Positions 61,047-64,000 of a stretch of DNA of 64,000 nucleotides are shown piece by piece. Source of the DNA: Candidatus Poribacteria bacterium. GTDB taxonomy: Bacteria; Poribacteria; WGA-4E; WGA-3G. The DNA is taken from the NCBI GenBank assembly GCA_965198235.1, contig OZ240248.1, positions 3,008,001 through 3,072,000 on the forward strand. The letters run 5' to 3'. A program made the position numbers and the translations under genes. Every line of letters begins with the position of its first letter. The first letter of the stretch is position 1. The notes below the pieces were generated by a model. The model had not been told where the DNA came from and searched no databases. It worked only from the letters and a program-made list of their open reading frames with translations.

Positions 61047-61185
61047 AATTATCCTACTCCCTTCCCACTAAAAAACCCTATGAGGAAAGCCGGCTACGAG
61101 TTTAGTACAACAAACCTGTCTTAATCTTTATTTTACCACAATTTCATATTTAGGTTAACGGATTGTAGCAGAATTTCAAGCATAT

Positions 61186-61827
61186 TTAGTTCCCTTTAAG
61201 AATTTTCTCATAAACAAAATTCAGCCACTTGTCTTGTGGTGGTATAATATCGGGTTTCGGCGAAAGCGGAGTCCAGTACGGCTTGAAAATATGACCCATA
61301 TCACTCTTCAGTTCCCACGAATCCGCTGTTTTCTCTTGTGTGAACAAATGAAAAAAATGTCTTTTTTTTTGCGCACTTAAATTTTCATTTGGGATCCATC
61401 CGGTAATGTTGGTGTCAATACATATAGGCTCGTAAAATTGGTCATATTTGTATTCAATGTACGAAATATGTGTGAAATCCTCCTGTGTGGAAAGGTAATC
61501 AACGGTAAGTCCCTTGGGTAGCTTTCGCTTGTAAGGAATTGCAGTTAAATTGGACTCACTATAAACCTGCGTTGTTTCCGCTATTATTCTTTGGTTATTT
61601 TCCAATTCATTTTCAAAACAACCTAAGTAGCTTTCAATTTCTACAAGCTGTAAGCCCGTTTCTTCGTATACTTCTCTCTTTACAGCGGTTTCAATACCTT
61701 CATCCTTTTCAACAGTGCCTGCAGGAATTTGAACACCCGCAGTTGGGTGTTTAAACACGAGTAACTCTTTGGTGCCACTCCTCTCGCGGACGATAAATGC
61801 CGTAACCTTTTGGACGACTTCATTCAC
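61186..61827 (-). CDS. NUDIX hydrolase
   Basis: PAGTVEKDEGIETAVKREVYEETG. Confidence 0.85.
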   Translation of the reverse strand: MNEVVQKVTAFIVRERSGTKELLVFKHPTAGVQIPAGTVEKDEGIETAVKREVYEETGLQLVEIESYLGCFENELENNQRIIAETTQVYSESNLTAIPYKRKLPKGLTVDYLSTQEDFTHISYIEYKYDQFYEPICIDTNITGWIPNENLSAQKKRHFFHLFTQEKTADSWELKSDMGHIFKPYWTPLSPKPDIIPPQDKWLNFVYEKILKGN

Positions 61828-61860
61828 TTATGTTTCTCCTTGAATTGTTATAGTAAAACT

Positions 61861-63272
61861 TTATTGCGCGAATGCATTTGCGACCTGCACTAAATCCAAA
61901 ACGTTGACAACACCATCATCATTTACATCTGGTGCTTCCTGTCCAAAACTATTTGTGATCTGAACTAAATCACGAATGTTGACAACACCATCTTTATTTA
62001 CGTCTTCTCGGGTACCCGTTTGCTGTGTGCCGGATTTATTTACGTCTTCTCGGACACCCCCTTGCTCTGTGGCAATAATTGATCGTCCCGTTTTTTTCTC
62101 GGCGCGGAATACAGCGAGGTTCCGCTCGTTCACGTCTTTGATGAGCCAGATATGCCCTACATACGTGTGTTGATTGACAAAGGCATTCGGAGCAATATTT
62201 CCATAGAATTTCTCATTCCCCTCATAATCCACCCAATAATAAGCGATCTCGGCTTTCGTGCTGTTCATGAAAATGATTGCGGTTTCGGTATCACCGCCTT
62301 CAGATTTTAGATTTGGAAGTGAACTTAGATCCTGTTCCTTCAAGTTTACCCACTTGCCTCCACCGTCGCTGCTTGGATCCTGCAATTGCTGGTGTAACTC
62401 TGTCAATTCTACTAACTCGGGGGCCATTCAAACTTTGGAGCCTCTTCAGGATTGAACCCTCGGAGATGTGGTAGATGTATGCGGGTTACCGCCTGTGTAT
62501 ATCGCCAATCCGTATCGCCAAAAACCTCGGTGAGCAGTGCTGCGAGTGCCGGATCGTATTCCTTCAACTTGTCCCGTGTGTCGACATGGTTATGTTGGTC
62601 GTCGTTTGCTCGGTTTGTATCAAACCAAGATTGTGTGCCTTCAGCCCAGTATTCCGCTTTGTTTGTAATGGCGTAAGTGTCTTTCCACAGCCCGTTTTCG
62701 ACTGCTGCCTCGAACGTTGCCTTAAGGCGGTCATCAAAACTGGGGTCAACCGTATTCAATCCCATCTGGTGGATCGCATGAGCGAATTCGTGGACCAGAA
62801 TATTTTCAGTCGAATACGGATCACCTTGGTAATTAAGCAGATTTTCCCCACCACAACTTACAGCAGGTCGTGCTGGTGTGGAACCCAAACCGCGTGCTCG
62901 CCGATCCCAATAATAGTCCGGTTGCAGATCACTATGTTCAGGAATCTGGGTTGTTAGTTCGTTATATGCCATTACAGCGAAACGTACATTGTTTTCCGCG
63001 AGTGCCTGTAACACATCCTGACGATGCTCAATTATCTGCCGAATGAGATATGCCGCTTCCTTCACGGCGTGAGGATTCACCTTCGCTGATGCGACAACAG
63101 GCAATCCGTCCACATCGATCCACTGCTCATAAAACGGGTCCAGATTAAAAGTTTTGCGAACAGCAACCGGTGGAGACACAGGTTCACGGATATTGATACT
63201 TTGCGCTGTTGTAGTTAACTGTGTTGAAAGAAATAGTACATAGACAATGAGAATGGCAGTCAGATAAAACAT
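61861..63272 (-). CDS. Secreted zincin metallopeptidase + VHL-beta-like domain + dockerin; apparent 1-nt frameshift at ~62420
   Basis: ILVHEFAHAIH, EYWAEG; YYWVDYEG...QHTYVGHIW; DVNKDGVVNIRDLV; the two ORFs join at a C5 run (WPP-ELV). Confidence 0.8.
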
Positions 63273-63276
63273 AGAT

Positions 63277-63316
63277 TAACGTGAGTTCCATAAAAGATTT
63301 TATGGAACTCACGTTA
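63277..63316. repeat. Perfect 19-bp inverted repeat with a 2-nt spacer
   Basis: taacgtgagttccataaaa-ga-ttttatggaactcacgtta. Confidence 0.9.
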
Positions 63317-63466
63317 GATAGGGGCGATATTTTGACTTTGCATGTAACATAGTAATGAGATAGGGAAACAGTTATTAAAACTATTCTTTCCCCATGCGGC
63401 TGCTTGTCTAAAGTCTTTATTTGTATTAGATTGGTTTAACCCAAACAAAGCAGGCGTATCATCCAT
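63314..63466 (-). pseudogene. N-terminal fragment of a HindVP-like restriction endonuclease
   Basis: PALFGLNQSN..DF....WGKNSFNNCFPISLLCYM; stops at the palindrome. Confidence 0.6.
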
Positions 63467-63568
63467 TGACCTAAATTTCATTGAATTGACCATCATTCTT
63501 GAATTAGTAAACTAATAAACTAAGTTTATTAGGACGTTCTATAATTACGGTTTCCTATTGTGAAAGTG

Positions 63569-64000
63569 CTACTCTCCTTCCCGGTACCTCAACTCTTGCC
63601 AGATGGAGCGCATCTGCCACACATCCATCGAAACGACCTTCGCTTCGCCACCGATTGCAAAAAGCGAGATACCGTTGCTCTCTTCTTGCTGTGGATAGAC
63701 GCGGGCAACGGCACACTGCCGAGAGAATAGTGGAAATAATTTGTCGATGCCTCTCCGCGGAAACGCCCATTCAGGTAGACACTCCCCGTTATCAGCGAAG
63801 ACTTCGATAAGGCTCCGATCGAGGAAGATGCGAAGACGTACCTTGCCGTCACTGCTCAGACGGAACGGCGCATTTTCAGGGGGTTTACCGACAAGATCTG
63901 TACGGAGGGAGGAATAGGATGTGTCGATCTGCAAACTATCGTTGGTCTTGCCGTGTCTGTGGTTGTAGATAGAGATTTTTGTCCGTTCATCGCCGTTTGG
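63569..64000 (-). CDS. Glycoside hydrolase family 32 C-terminal domain, 5'-partial
   Basis: LRIFLDRSLIEVFA, ARVYP, VWQMRSIW. Confidence 0.8.
   Translation of the reverse strand, partial: PNGDERTKISIYNHRHGKTNDSLQIDTSYSSLRTDLVGKPPENAPFRLSSDGKVRLRIFLDRSLIEVFADNGECLPEWAFPRRGIDKLFPLFSRQCAVARVYPQQEESNGISLFAIGGEAKVVSMDVWQMRSIWQELRYREGE

Noticed and set aside
1-64000. tRNA, rRNA, prophage or integrase genes
   Set aside because: None recognised by eye; tRNAscan-SE and Infernal were not run.

Overview
Bacterial chromosomal window, about 48-50% GC by eye. The gene content points to Candidatus Poribacteria (inference): LamG/jelly-roll proteins with a 'V[ED]PxxKLxxTWxx[LI]K' tail, several PhyH dioxygenases, ASPIC/UnbV, dockerin and WD40 proteins. 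Housekeeping genes (trxB, moaC, argC, lpxB, lpxK, queC, a NuoE-NuoF fusion, htrA) alternate with accessory genes, two toxin-antitoxin modules, an IS-shredded island (IS630 + truncated IS3) and a putative ATPase-nuclease defence pair. No rRNA, tRNA or CRISPR array was recognised. The most unusual signal is non-coding. Many small palindromic or MITE-like repeat families fill the intergenic spaces and also sit in-frame inside genes. A ~21-nt word (GAAACACCCAAGCAAAAAC) is inserted, sometimes as stuttered arrays, into several unrelated repeat families, and both empty and filled versions are visible in this window. Also notable are a promoter-driven orphan IscB-type omegaRNA-like mini-element (38388-38616) and an in-frame UGA followed by a hairpin (39932). 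Product calls come from motif recognition by eye; no database searches were run.
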